A stretch of DNA of 64,000 nucleotides from an uncultured Chlamydiales bacterium. GTDB taxonomy: Bacteria > Chlamydiota > Chlamydiia > Chlamydiales > Rhabdochlamydiaceae. The DNA lies in contig OY969554.1 of NCBI GenBank assembly GCA_963700985.1, positions 960,001 through 1,024,000 of the forward strand, in the 5' to 3' direction. A program made the translations under genes and the position numbers. Under the pieces are notes generated by a model that searched no databases, was not told the DNA's origin, and saw only the letters and a program-made list of their open reading frames with translations. Below, piece by piece: positions 41,335-49,684 of this stretch. The first letter of the stretch is position 1, and the number at the start of each line of letters is the position of its first letter.

Positions 41335-42840
41335 ATGCACATTATTCATGTTGCCACAGAACTTGCCCCGATTGCCAAAGTCGGCGGATTGGGCGACGTG
41401 CTCTATGGGCTTTCAAAGGCACTCGTCAAGAAACAAAAAAATGTTGAGATCATTATTCCAAAGTATGACTGTATCGATTACAGCCAATTAAAACATCTAA
41501 AAGTTGAGCTGCCGGAACTGCTTTGCACCGAAGGATCTACGCAGATCAACAACACCATCTGGTCGTGTGAGTTAGAAAATTTAAAGGTGCTATTTCTCGA
41601 AGCACATCACCCGTTAGATTACTTCAATCGAGAAAAGATCTATGGCTGCCCTGATGACATCGAACGCTTCACCTATTTTTGCAGAGCCACCCTCGAGTTT
41701 CTGCTGCAATCTAAACGCGGGCCGGAAATCATCCACCTCCACGACTGGCCCACAGCGCTCATCGCACCGCTATATAAAGAGGTCTATCAGCCACTCGGCT
41801 TAAAAACACAGGGCATCGTACTCACCCTGCATAATTTAGAATATCAAGGAAAGTGCCTTCCCAGACAGGTTACACGCGTAGGACTTAATCTAGAAAAGCC
41901 AGAGGTCCGCGAAAAGATGCAAGACCCAGCTATTCCAGCCAGCATTAACCTGCTCAAAGGCGGAATCGAATATGCCGATCAGATCACAGCAGTCTCCCCT
42001 ACCTATCTGAAAGAGATCCTTACGCACAAAGATGGATTTGGCTTACATAGCGTGCTCGTCAAGCATGAGAAAAAGCTTACCGGCATCTTAAATGGCATCG
42101 ATGAAGAGTATTGGGATCCAGCTAAAGATCCGCTTCTGCTTAAACGCTATAATACCAAAGAAATTACCCGTCCTGAAAGCTTCCAAGCTGTGCTCGAAGC
42201 AAAAGCTGAGAATCGCCGTCATCTACGCCGCCATTTCAATTTGCGAGAAGGTGATTACGCGCTAGTGGGTTCGATCACGCGTCTTGTGCCGCAAAAAGGC
42301 CCCGAGCTTCTTCTTTACGCCTTAAAGCGCACGCTACTAAAAGGCGCAGAGTTTGTGCTTCTGGGCTCCGATCACGGTTCTGCAATTGAAAAGGCCTTTC
42401 TTCCTTGGAATGGAAGAGAACAGAAAGTGGGGATCTCCATCGATTATAATGAGGCGCTCTCTCATCTGATCTTTGCCGGAGCAGACATGCTGCTTATCCC
42501 CTCGCGCTTTGAGCCCTGCGGGCTTACCCAACTCATCTCACTACGCTATGGCACCGTACCCATCGTACGTCGCACCGGTGGCCTGGCAGACACGGTTTTC
42601 GATATCGATACTTCAGATCGCCCAGAAAACGAGCGGAATGGTTTTACTTTTGATTATTTCGATGCAGGCGGCATCGACTGGGCGCTAGATCGCGCACTAA
42701 ATTGTTGGGCAAACGATCGCCCAAAGTGGGAAAAGATCATGCAGAATGGCATGCGAAAAGATTTCAGCTGGGCAAAATCCGCCGACACTTATCTCGCACT
42801 TTACCAAGCCCTACTCACCAAAAAGGAAAAAGCTGCTTAG
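41335..42840 (+). CDS. glgA: Glycogen synthase
   Basis: KVGGLGDV, HLHDW, ILNGID, PSRFEPCGLTQL; likely start ATG 41335. Confidence 0.97.
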   Translation: MHIIHVATELAPIAKVGGLGDVLYGLSKALVKKQKNVEIIIPKYDCIDYSQLKHLKVELPELLCTEGSTQINNTIWSCELENLKVLFLEAHHPLDYFNREKIYGCPDDIERFTYFCRATLEFLLQSKRGPEIIHLHDWPTALIAPLYKEVYQPLGLKTQGIVLTLHNLEYQGKCLPRQVTRVGLNLEKPEVREKMQDPAIPASINLLKGGIEYADQITAVSPTYLKEILTHKDGFGLHSVLVKHEKKLTGILNGIDEEYWDPAKDPLLLKRYNTKEITRPESFQAVLEAKAENRRHLRRHFNLREGDYALVGSITRLVPQKGPELLLYALKRTLLKGAEFVLLGSDHGSAIEKAFLPWNGREQKVGISIDYNEALSHLIFAGADMLLIPSRFEPCGLTQLISLRYGTVPIVRRTGGLADTVFDIDTSDRPENERNGFTFDYFDAGGIDWALDRALNCWANDRPKWEKIMQNGMRKDFSWAKSADTYLALYQALLTKKEKAA

Positions 42841-42845
42841 TTTTC

Positions 42846-44060
42846 TTAGACCCAGAGTCTGTGCAAGAAGCGGCCCAAGCCTTGCCAGATCCAAGAAAGA
42901 GCAAACCCAATCCCTGCCAGCATCTGCTCCCAGCAGGAAAGCGGAAGGGGGTTCCCGTCAAGTTTAAGATCGTTTATGCCAGGCGGCAAGCGCTCATGAA
43001 TTTCTTCCTGTGTCAGATCAATCAGGTTGTGCGAGATGTAAAGTAATCTAAGTGCCGCACACTGCCTAAGATCTGGGTGAATGGCGGTGATCTCGTTTGA
43101 TGAAATATCAAAAACTTCTAGCGCAGTACATTGCCCAATCCCTGCAGGAAAGGCCGTAAGCCGGTTTCCATTCAGGAAAAGAGCCTTTAGCCTATTAAGC
43201 TGCCCAATGTTAGGGAAATCTGTAAGCTGATTTTCAGCGAGATCGAGTCGTGTAAGTTGCTCACACTGCATTAGCTCAGCTGGAAGGCTAGTTAGCTGGT
43301 TTCCTGCAAGAGTAAGATGTTCTAACGCTGTAAGACGTCCAATTCCGCGCGGCATGCTTGTAAGCCTGTTGCCTCCGAGATCGAGAATCTTTAACTTTGT
43401 ACATTTTTCAATTTCAGCAGAAAGTGTAACAAGATACTGATCTGGAAGAAATTCACGTGATTCTGCCGGAAGAAAAAGTTGTGTCAGACCTGTAAATAAC
43501 CCGATTTGCGGAGGAAGATACTTTAGACCACAGCTGTAAAAATTAAGGGCGGTGATTGCACTAAGCTCAACTCTATGCTGCTCCATCCAAGTTTCAATAG
43601 CAGCGATCTTTTGCACCAGTCTTCCCTCTAGCCCGTCATATAGCTCGTCATAAAACTGCTGAGCTTGTGGAAGTGCAGCTCCTATTCGCGTAGCAAAAAT
43701 ACAAAAAAAATCACAGAGAATTTCAGCTGATTGTTTTGAAAGTGCGGCTAATCGGTCGGGATCGAGAATGGAGGCAGTAGCCACAGGAACCGTCATATCC
43801 GCCGCATGAGCTATTATTCGTTCATAAACAGCTTTAACGCGCGCAGCATAGGTGGGAAACTGAAGCTGCGTGACTTTGTGCACATCTCGCGCAAGCTGAG
43901 GCTTTTGCAGATATGCGTTCCAAAGCTGTGTATAAGTATGCTCAGAAACCTCTTGTCGAAACCGTTTTGCAACAGGTTCCAAAACAGCAGGATTTCCGAC
44001 AAACTCCGCGATGCAATTTAACGGATCTCGGTTCAGAGTTCCTAATCTAGAAACCACCAT
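42846..44060 (-). CDS. Leucine-rich repeat protein, candidate effector
   Basis: Multiple LxxLxLxxNxLxxLP repeats; hydrophobic C-terminal helix. Confidence 0.9.
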   Translation of the reverse strand: MVVSRLGTLNRDPLNCIAEFVGNPAVLEPVAKRFRQEVSEHTYTQLWNAYLQKPQLARDVHKVTQLQFPTYAARVKAVYERIIAHAADMTVPVATASILDPDRLAALSKQSAEILCDFFCIFATRIGAALPQAQQFYDELYDGLEGRLVQKIAAIETWMEQHRVELSAITALNFYSCGLKYLPPQIGLFTGLTQLFLPAESREFLPDQYLVTLSAEIEKCTKLKILDLGGNRLTSMPRGIGRLTALEHLTLAGNQLTSLPAELMQCEQLTRLDLAENQLTDFPNIGQLNRLKALFLNGNRLTAFPAGIGQCTALEVFDISSNEITAIHPDLRQCAALRLLYISHNLIDLTQEEIHERLPPGINDLKLDGNPLPLSCWEQMLAGIGFALSWIWQGLGRFLHRLWV

Positions 44061-44089
44061 ATTTTTTTCTTGCCTATCAACAGGGAGTT

Positions 44090-44542
44090 TTAAGCTTCTT
44101 CAATAGTCGCTTGGCTACTATTAGCTTGGTCACTAACAGACGAAGATACAGACGAAGATTCCGGCGCTGGAATGGGCGGAACAGGCACAGGCGGATTGGT
44201 CGCTTCAAATATTTTACTAAAAGAATTTACCAGATCGTTAAACCCAAGGATTCCACGAACCAAGGCTTCAATGACCGCAACAATGATCAATGCCGAGCAG
44301 CATAGCTCGCCAATTGCCTTTCGAACAAGTCTTTCACCCTCTCCCATTATACGATCACTAGGCCCTTTCTGAAATTCTCTGATTGAGGGAATCAAACTAA
44401 GACATACAGAAGAAAATTGACAGTTAGTTTGTTGCCCTATTGGATTATTCGGTCTTACTTCATTATCTCTGAGTGGAGGAATTAAATTAAAGCTTACAGA
44501 AGGAAATTGATAGCTATTTTGCCGTACTATTGGACCACTCAT
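44090..44542 (-). CDS. Hypothetical protein with hydrophobic segment
   Basis: AGAGG SD; duplicated N-terminal motif; LCCSALIIVAVIEALVRGILGF; Ser/Pro-rich tail. Confidence 0.65.
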   Translation of the reverse strand: MSGPIVRQNSYQFPSVSFNLIPPLRDNEVRPNNPIGQQTNCQFSSVCLSLIPSIREFQKGPSDRIMGEGERLVRKAIGELCCSALIIVAVIEALVRGILGFNDLVNSFSKIFEATNPPVPVPPIPAPESSSVSSSVSDQANSSQATIEEA

Positions 44543-44640
44543 AATTACCTCTTTATTTTATTTAGTAATCAATACATAAACATTACATTGATGCACAGAT
44601 TATACAACTAAATTAATTAAGTAGGAATACGAATGATTCT

Positions 44641-45231
44641 TTAATTTCTTATTAAAGCTTTTCTTATATAAATTCTATTTGCATAAATGTATTCTACACC
44701 AGAATAAAGCGTGTAAATACATGCAATTAAAACACTAATTAAACTAATTTTTTGTAACGAGTGAAGTTCAAGATGGCCTAAAGAATAAGGTATCATTAAA
44801 ATTATAATTAAAAATGCCACTACCGCTTGGATGACAGCTTTAATTTTACCGCTTAAACGCGCTCCTAAAGCCACGCCTCGCAGCGCACAGAGAGTGCGTA
44901 GAGTGCTGATGATCGTATCGCGATAGAAGAAGAATAGGACGAGCAGAAGTGGAAGTTGAATAAATCCTTGAGTGAACGTCAAAAAAACAGTTAAACGAAA
45001 GATGCTATCTGCCATCGGGTCGAGTAGCTTACCCAGTTCTGTCACCTGATTCTTCTTACGCGCAAAAAAGCCATCAAAAAGGTCGGATAGCTCAGAAATG
45101 CCAAGTAAAATAATCAGTATATAAGGAAGCAGCGTTAGGCTGATCCCGATTTGCAAATGATAGAGATAGATAATGAGGAAGAGAGGGCTTAAGAGAATAC
45201 GAACCAGCGTAAAGGAGAGAGCGATGCTCAC
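44641..45231 (-). CDS. pgsA: CDP-alcohol phosphatidyltransferase (PgsA-like)
   Basis: SDLFDGFFAR..TELGKLLDPMAD. Confidence 0.92.
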   Translation of the reverse strand: MSIALSFTLVRILLSPLFLIIYLYHLQIGISLTLLPYILIILLGISELSDLFDGFFARKKNQVTELGKLLDPMADSIFRLTVFLTFTQGFIQLPLLLVLFFFYRDTIISTLRTLCALRGVALGARLSGKIKAVIQAVVAFLIIILMIPYSLGHLELHSLQKISLISVLIACIYTLYSGVEYIYANRIYIRKALIRN

Positions 45232-45295
45232 AGCTAAGACCTCGTTTTAAGAGGAATAGTAGCCGTTTAGTAAAAATTCTTGCATCAGCTTTCTT

Positions 45296-46327
45296 TCAAC
45301 TTTCTCTTAAAGCGAGCTGTCCGCACGCGGCAGCGATGTCTTTTCCCTTGGTAAAACGCCATGTGACGTTCAATCCGCGGTCGGTTAAAACACCTTTAAA
45401 AGCTTCGATTCCTTCTTTACTTGGACGGCTAAGATGCAGGCCTTCAACCGGATTATAAGGAATTAAATTGACGGTACACTGCTCGCCTTGCAGCAAATGT
45501 GCGAGTTCTTTTGCTTCCTCAAGACCATCATTAATCCCTGCCATGAGCGTATATTCGTAGGTGATATCGCGACGGGTCTTTTCAGCATAAAAACGCATGG
45601 CCTTAAGAATATCTTCCAATGCATACTTACGTGCGTAGGGGATAATTTTTTGGCGAATACGCTGATTGGGTGCATGCAGAGAAAGCACGAGATTAACTTT
45701 GAGTTCTTCATAGGCAAACTGCGTAATTCTATCAATCACACCCACGGTTGAAACCGTAATGCGGCGCTGTGAAAGCCCAAGCCTTGTAGTGTCGCAGAGC
45801 AGCGCAATGGATTTTACCACCTCGTCATAATTTTCCAAGGGTTCGCCCATGCCCATGTAAACCACGTGCGAAACGCGCTCGCCGATTTTGGTGAGCTGGC
45901 GATGGATTTCAAACACCTGTTCGAAGATCTCAGCAGCAGTTAAGTTGCGAATAAGCCCTTTTTTGCCTGAAGCGCAGAAAGCACAACGCGCAGGACAACC
46001 AACTTGAGAAGAGACGCAAACCGTCCGCCTATCAAAAGAACGAATCAAAACAGATTCGACGAGCTTGCCATCGGCTAATTCCCACAAATACTTAGTGGTC
46101 TCATTATCAGAAGATTCAACTGTTTCACGGAGTTTAAGTGTGTTTAGCTGAAAGCCGCCGGATAGTTTTTGGCGCGCAACTGCGTTCAGATTGGTCATCT
46201 GAGCCCAGTCTGTCACTCCTTTTTGGTAGATCCAATCTAGGATTTGACCTGCGCGAAATGGTTTTTCGTCGTTGGCAAGCAGCCACTCTTTGAGTTCTGC
46301 TTCTGTCGTGCTGTGAAGTGATTTCAT
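45296..46327 (-). CDS. rlmN: Radical SAM RNA methyltransferase RlmN
   Basis: CVSSQVGCPARCAFC, YMGMGEP, AACGQL. Confidence 0.96.
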   Translation of the reverse strand: MKSLHSTTEAELKEWLLANDEKPFRAGQILDWIYQKGVTDWAQMTNLNAVARQKLSGGFQLNTLKLRETVESSDNETTKYLWELADGKLVESVLIRSFDRRTVCVSSQVGCPARCAFCASGKKGLIRNLTAAEIFEQVFEIHRQLTKIGERVSHVVYMGMGEPLENYDEVVKSIALLCDTTRLGLSQRRITVSTVGVIDRITQFAYEELKVNLVLSLHAPNQRIRQKIIPYARKYALEDILKAMRFYAEKTRRDITYEYTLMAGINDGLEEAKELAHLLQGEQCTVNLIPYNPVEGLHLSRPSKEGIEAFKGVLTDRGLNVTWRFTKGKDIAAACGQLALRES

Positions 46328-46578
46328 TAAATAGTTTTCTGGTGGCGAGCGTGCAGGATCTGGTAATTATTTGTACGTCTTTCTCTTTGAGCAAGCATGC
46401 GATTAGCTTCTTTTGCTTCTTCGAGCAGTTTGCGCACATTTGCAATGCTGCGATTGATAACGCTCGACGCGCTGCGGTAGATCAATTGCTGCAAATCGCA
46501 TGGCGTAATCTTTGCATTCAAAGAAAGCAGATTAACTGATCCTTTTCTAGCTGAGCTCAAAGCCGATAATGCTGCCAT
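46327..46578 (-). CDS. Small basic hypothetical protein
   Basis: ATG 46578 after GGGAG; stop overlaps the rlmN start (TAATG). Confidence 0.6.
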   Translation of the reverse strand: MAALSALSSARKGSVNLLSLNAKITPCDLQQLIYRSASSVINRSIANVRKLLEEAKEANRMLAQRERRTNNYQILHARHQKTI

Positions 46579-46660
46579 AAAGATTCTCCCTAATGTGAAT
46601 GGAATAATTCTACTCCATACAATAGAAAAGTTCAAGGGAAGCGGACGTGAAGTAAAAATT

Positions 46661-47467
46661 TTAATTAGCCGGACTTCTTTTCCAGAAGGCGCCCTTTACA
46701 TTCTTCCATCCCCAGCTGAGCAGGCGCAGGTTGCTGCGCGCCATCCAAGCGACTAAAGCAGGGCTAAGACCAAAATAGATGATGATAATGGCTAACGTCT
46801 CCAGAAAATTACGTATAATTTTTTTAAGTGGAGAAAAACGATATTCGTAATCTGTGAGCACACGTCGGAAAAACATTTTTTCAAAATTAGGCGCAAGATA
46901 GAGACGACAGATCAGATCAAAGCCACTTTGTAGAGCAAAGAAAGTGCGGAAGCCGCCAACGCTTTCAATGGCAGTTTTGCGGAACCAGTAAGCTTGCAAC
47001 GAAGGTGAGATTTTCCCGCCTTTCAGCGCCAGGCGGCTCAGTGGCTCCATGAGCACCTGTGAAGGCGACATGCTATGCCGCTGCATACAGCCGCATGCGA
47101 TTAAATCTGAGGATGGATTGGTTTCGATAAATTTCGCTTGGAAAGTAAGCGCATGTCTTGAGAGATAGTATTCTCCAGGCAACAGAAAGTGCACATACTC
47201 GCCTTTTACTAGCGTCAAAGCTTGATTCATCATTGCAAAGACATTCGAGCTCTTGGCGAAAATCACCTGATGGATTTTAGATTGATATGAGGCGATGGTG
47301 GTATTTTCGCTCGTCTGGCCATCGACCAAGATGATCTCAAACCGCGCAAAATCCTGAGAAAGAATGCTATCTAACGTGAACGGGAGCAGATGTGCGCTGC
47401 CCTCAGGTACGGCCACCACAATCGAAAATAGTGGGTGTTCAGACATGCCCCTACTATAACCCATCAC
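46661..47467 (-). CDS. GT2-like glycosyltransferase (divergent)
   Basis: PLFSIVV..TLDSILSQDF..EIILVDG..AMMNQAL..KGEYVHFL. Confidence 0.8.
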   Translation of the reverse strand: MMGYSRGMSEHPLFSIVVAVPEGSAHLLPFTLDSILSQDFARFEIILVDGQTSENTTIASYQSKIHQVIFAKSSNVFAMMNQALTLVKGEYVHFLLPGEYYLSRHALTFQAKFIETNPSSDLIACGCMQRHSMSPSQVLMEPLSRLALKGGKISPSLQAYWFRKTAIESVGGFRTFFALQSGFDLICRLYLAPNFEKMFFRRVLTDYEYRFSPLKKIIRNFLETLAIIIIYFGLSPALVAWMARSNLRLLSWGWKNVKGAFWKRSPAN

Positions 47468-47476
47468 CCATTCAAA

Positions 47477-48493
47477 TTACAAGGCGCTCTTCTCCTTTTC
47501 ATCCCGTAAAATTTTAAAAGACTTAGTGATCCGAAAATTATGCACAGCCGAATCTAATTTGCAGGTCAATCCACGAATATCGATAATCCGTGTAAAAGGA
47601 GCTGGATCCATAATGTAAGCCTTCAGTTTCTTCAAACTCTTGATATTTCGCACATCAACTACATGCAACCTAGGTCCACACTGAACAGATAGACATTCTA
47701 ATTGTGGCAATTTTAAGGCTGAAAATTCAAAAGCTGGTTTAGTGAGTTCTCTATCAATGAACTGACGCTCATCTTCCGGAAGATGTTCCCGATATTCCTT
47801 TGAAGCACTGTTTTGCAAATGATCAAGATCTAAAAAAAGCACAGTTAAATTAACTAAGCGATTAATCGCTTGAGCAGTAAATATTTGCTTACAATAGTTG
47901 AGCGTGAGACAGGTAACTTCTCTGCTTTGGTCGAATAGATCTTTTAATCCTTCTTCATTAAGCGCTGAATGATAAAACTCAAGCATCTGCCGATTTTTCC
48001 ATTGAGAGACCGCCATTGCCGTTGGAACAGTTATTCCTGTTTCGTTCGCACTAAATAGCTGAAAAGAAGATCGATGCGGACCATCTCTCATTCCTATTTT
48101 CAGTGTTGGATTTTGTGCTTGACGTAGACAGGATATACTTATTAAGTGCCTTGTCCATGCCATACCTGTTTTACGACAAAGCATCTCAGCATCAAAAGAA
48201 TCTTCTGGATGAGCCCACATGTCACGTTCGAAAGGCAAAAAGGATAAGACAATATCTTGTAGATCTCCAATAAGAAGAATATCTAAAGGCAGTGGATAGC
48301 GCGGCTCGCCGCGTCTTTCATTTCTGTCGCCTCGAAGACGCTCAGCTGCCAGCTGAGTAATGAGTTTTCGGCATGTCGTTTGTTCAGCAGCGCTTGGTTT
48401 TTTATGAAGAAATCCAGCTATGCGATCACCGATCCCATTATTAATCCTCGGAAAACGTTCTAATACTGGATTTGCTCTAACTAACAAAGACAT
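47477..48493 (-). CDS. F-box-like plus degenerate LRR protein, paralog A
   Basis: LPLDILLIGDLQDIVLSFL motif; LxxLxL repeats; paralog of 48534..49397. Confidence 0.7.
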   Translation of the reverse strand: MSLLVRANPVLERFPRINNGIGDRIAGFLHKKPSAAEQTTCRKLITQLAAERLRGDRNERRGEPRYPLPLDILLIGDLQDIVLSFLPFERDMWAHPEDSFDAEMLCRKTGMAWTRHLISISCLRQAQNPTLKIGMRDGPHRSSFQLFSANETGITVPTAMAVSQWKNRQMLEFYHSALNEEGLKDLFDQSREVTCLTLNYCKQIFTAQAINRLVNLTVLFLDLDHLQNSASKEYREHLPEDERQFIDRELTKPAFEFSALKLPQLECLSVQCGPRLHVVDVRNIKSLKKLKAYIMDPAPFTRIIDIRGLTCKLDSAVHNFRITKSFKILRDEKEKSAL

Positions 48494-48533
48494 AGAAACC
48501 TCAATTTATTAAATAATTAACACGGAATAGCAT

Positions 48534-49397
48534 CTATATGCTTACTTCACGCAAAACTTTAAAACGCGGATCATTTACATAGTCACTCACTTTGCAGGCC
48601 GTTCCACGTACATCGATAACCCTTGTAAAGCGAGCAGAACCAAAAATCGTAATATCCAAGGTCTTCAAACTTTTGAGGTTTCTGACATCGACCACATGCA
48701 AATCAGGTCCCCAGTTCAGGGTTAGTCTGATTAAATTTGGTAATTTTAATGCTGAAAAATCAAACGCTGGTTTGTCGAGCTTTCTATCAATGAGCTGACG
48801 CTCATTTTCTGGAAGATGTGGACTGTACTCTTTAGAGGCAGCATTTTGAAATTGACTACTCTGCAATACAAGAACGTTCAGATTAACTAAGTGATTGATT
48901 GATTGCGCAGCAAATATTTGCCTGCAACCTGCAATTTTGAAGTATGAAACCCCGATGCACTTTTGCAGTAGTTCGTCTAAATTATCGTCGTTAATATCTG
49001 AGTCCGTAATCTCAAGATATTTCTGGTTTTTCCAATGAGTGCTTGCTTTTTCATACGGAGAGACTGCTCTCTCATCATCTGCACCGTTTAACTGATATGA
49101 AGCCGGTTGTCCATATATTTTCAGCCTGGGATATTCGGCTTGGCGCACCCAGGCTATATTCCTTAGGTGCTCTGAGCACGCTTTACCGGTTTTAAGACAA
49201 AGCATCTCAATGTCAAAAAAATCGGCTGTATGTTCAAGAAATCCGTTTCTTTCGTATTTAAACGGCAGAAAAGACAGGACAATATCTTGTAGGTCTTTAA
49301 TAAGAGGAATATCTAAAGGCAAAGGTTCGCCAGGCATCTCATCTCTCTCACTCGGAAAACGTTCTAATGCTGGACTTGCCCTAATTACCAAAGACAT
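48534..49397 (-). CDS. F-box-like plus degenerate LRR protein, paralog B
   Basis: LPLDIPLIKDLQDIVLSFL; shares blocks such as HLPE.ERQ.IDR.L.KPAF.FSALKLP with paralog A. Confidence 0.7.
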   Translation of the reverse strand: MSLVIRASPALERFPSERDEMPGEPLPLDIPLIKDLQDIVLSFLPFKYERNGFLEHTADFFDIEMLCLKTGKACSEHLRNIAWVRQAEYPRLKIYGQPASYQLNGADDERAVSPYEKASTHWKNQKYLEITDSDINDDNLDELLQKCIGVSYFKIAGCRQIFAAQSINHLVNLNVLVLQSSQFQNAASKEYSPHLPENERQLIDRKLDKPAFDFSALKLPNLIRLTLNWGPDLHVVDVRNLKSLKTLDITIFGSARFTRVIDVRGTACKVSDYVNDPRFKVLREVSI

Positions 49398-49684
49398 AAA
49401 AACCTCAATTTATTAAATAATTAATAAAGTATTATAATATAAATATTATTAAAAATCAAATAAAATCACTAAGAGTAACAACAGATTAGTTTAACCTAAA
49501 CAACTTAAAATAAGTGTTTTACGGCATTTTAGAGCTAAAATATTTTATATCCTGCAAATCCTGTAAATGATTTATCAAAAAGAGCTTGGCTGGCTATGAA
49601 ACTTACTTTTCATACCCTAGTGCTCCCACAAAGATGTAAAGCTGCGGCTTGAAAAATTCGCAAGCAGCTTCTAAGATGGTCTTC

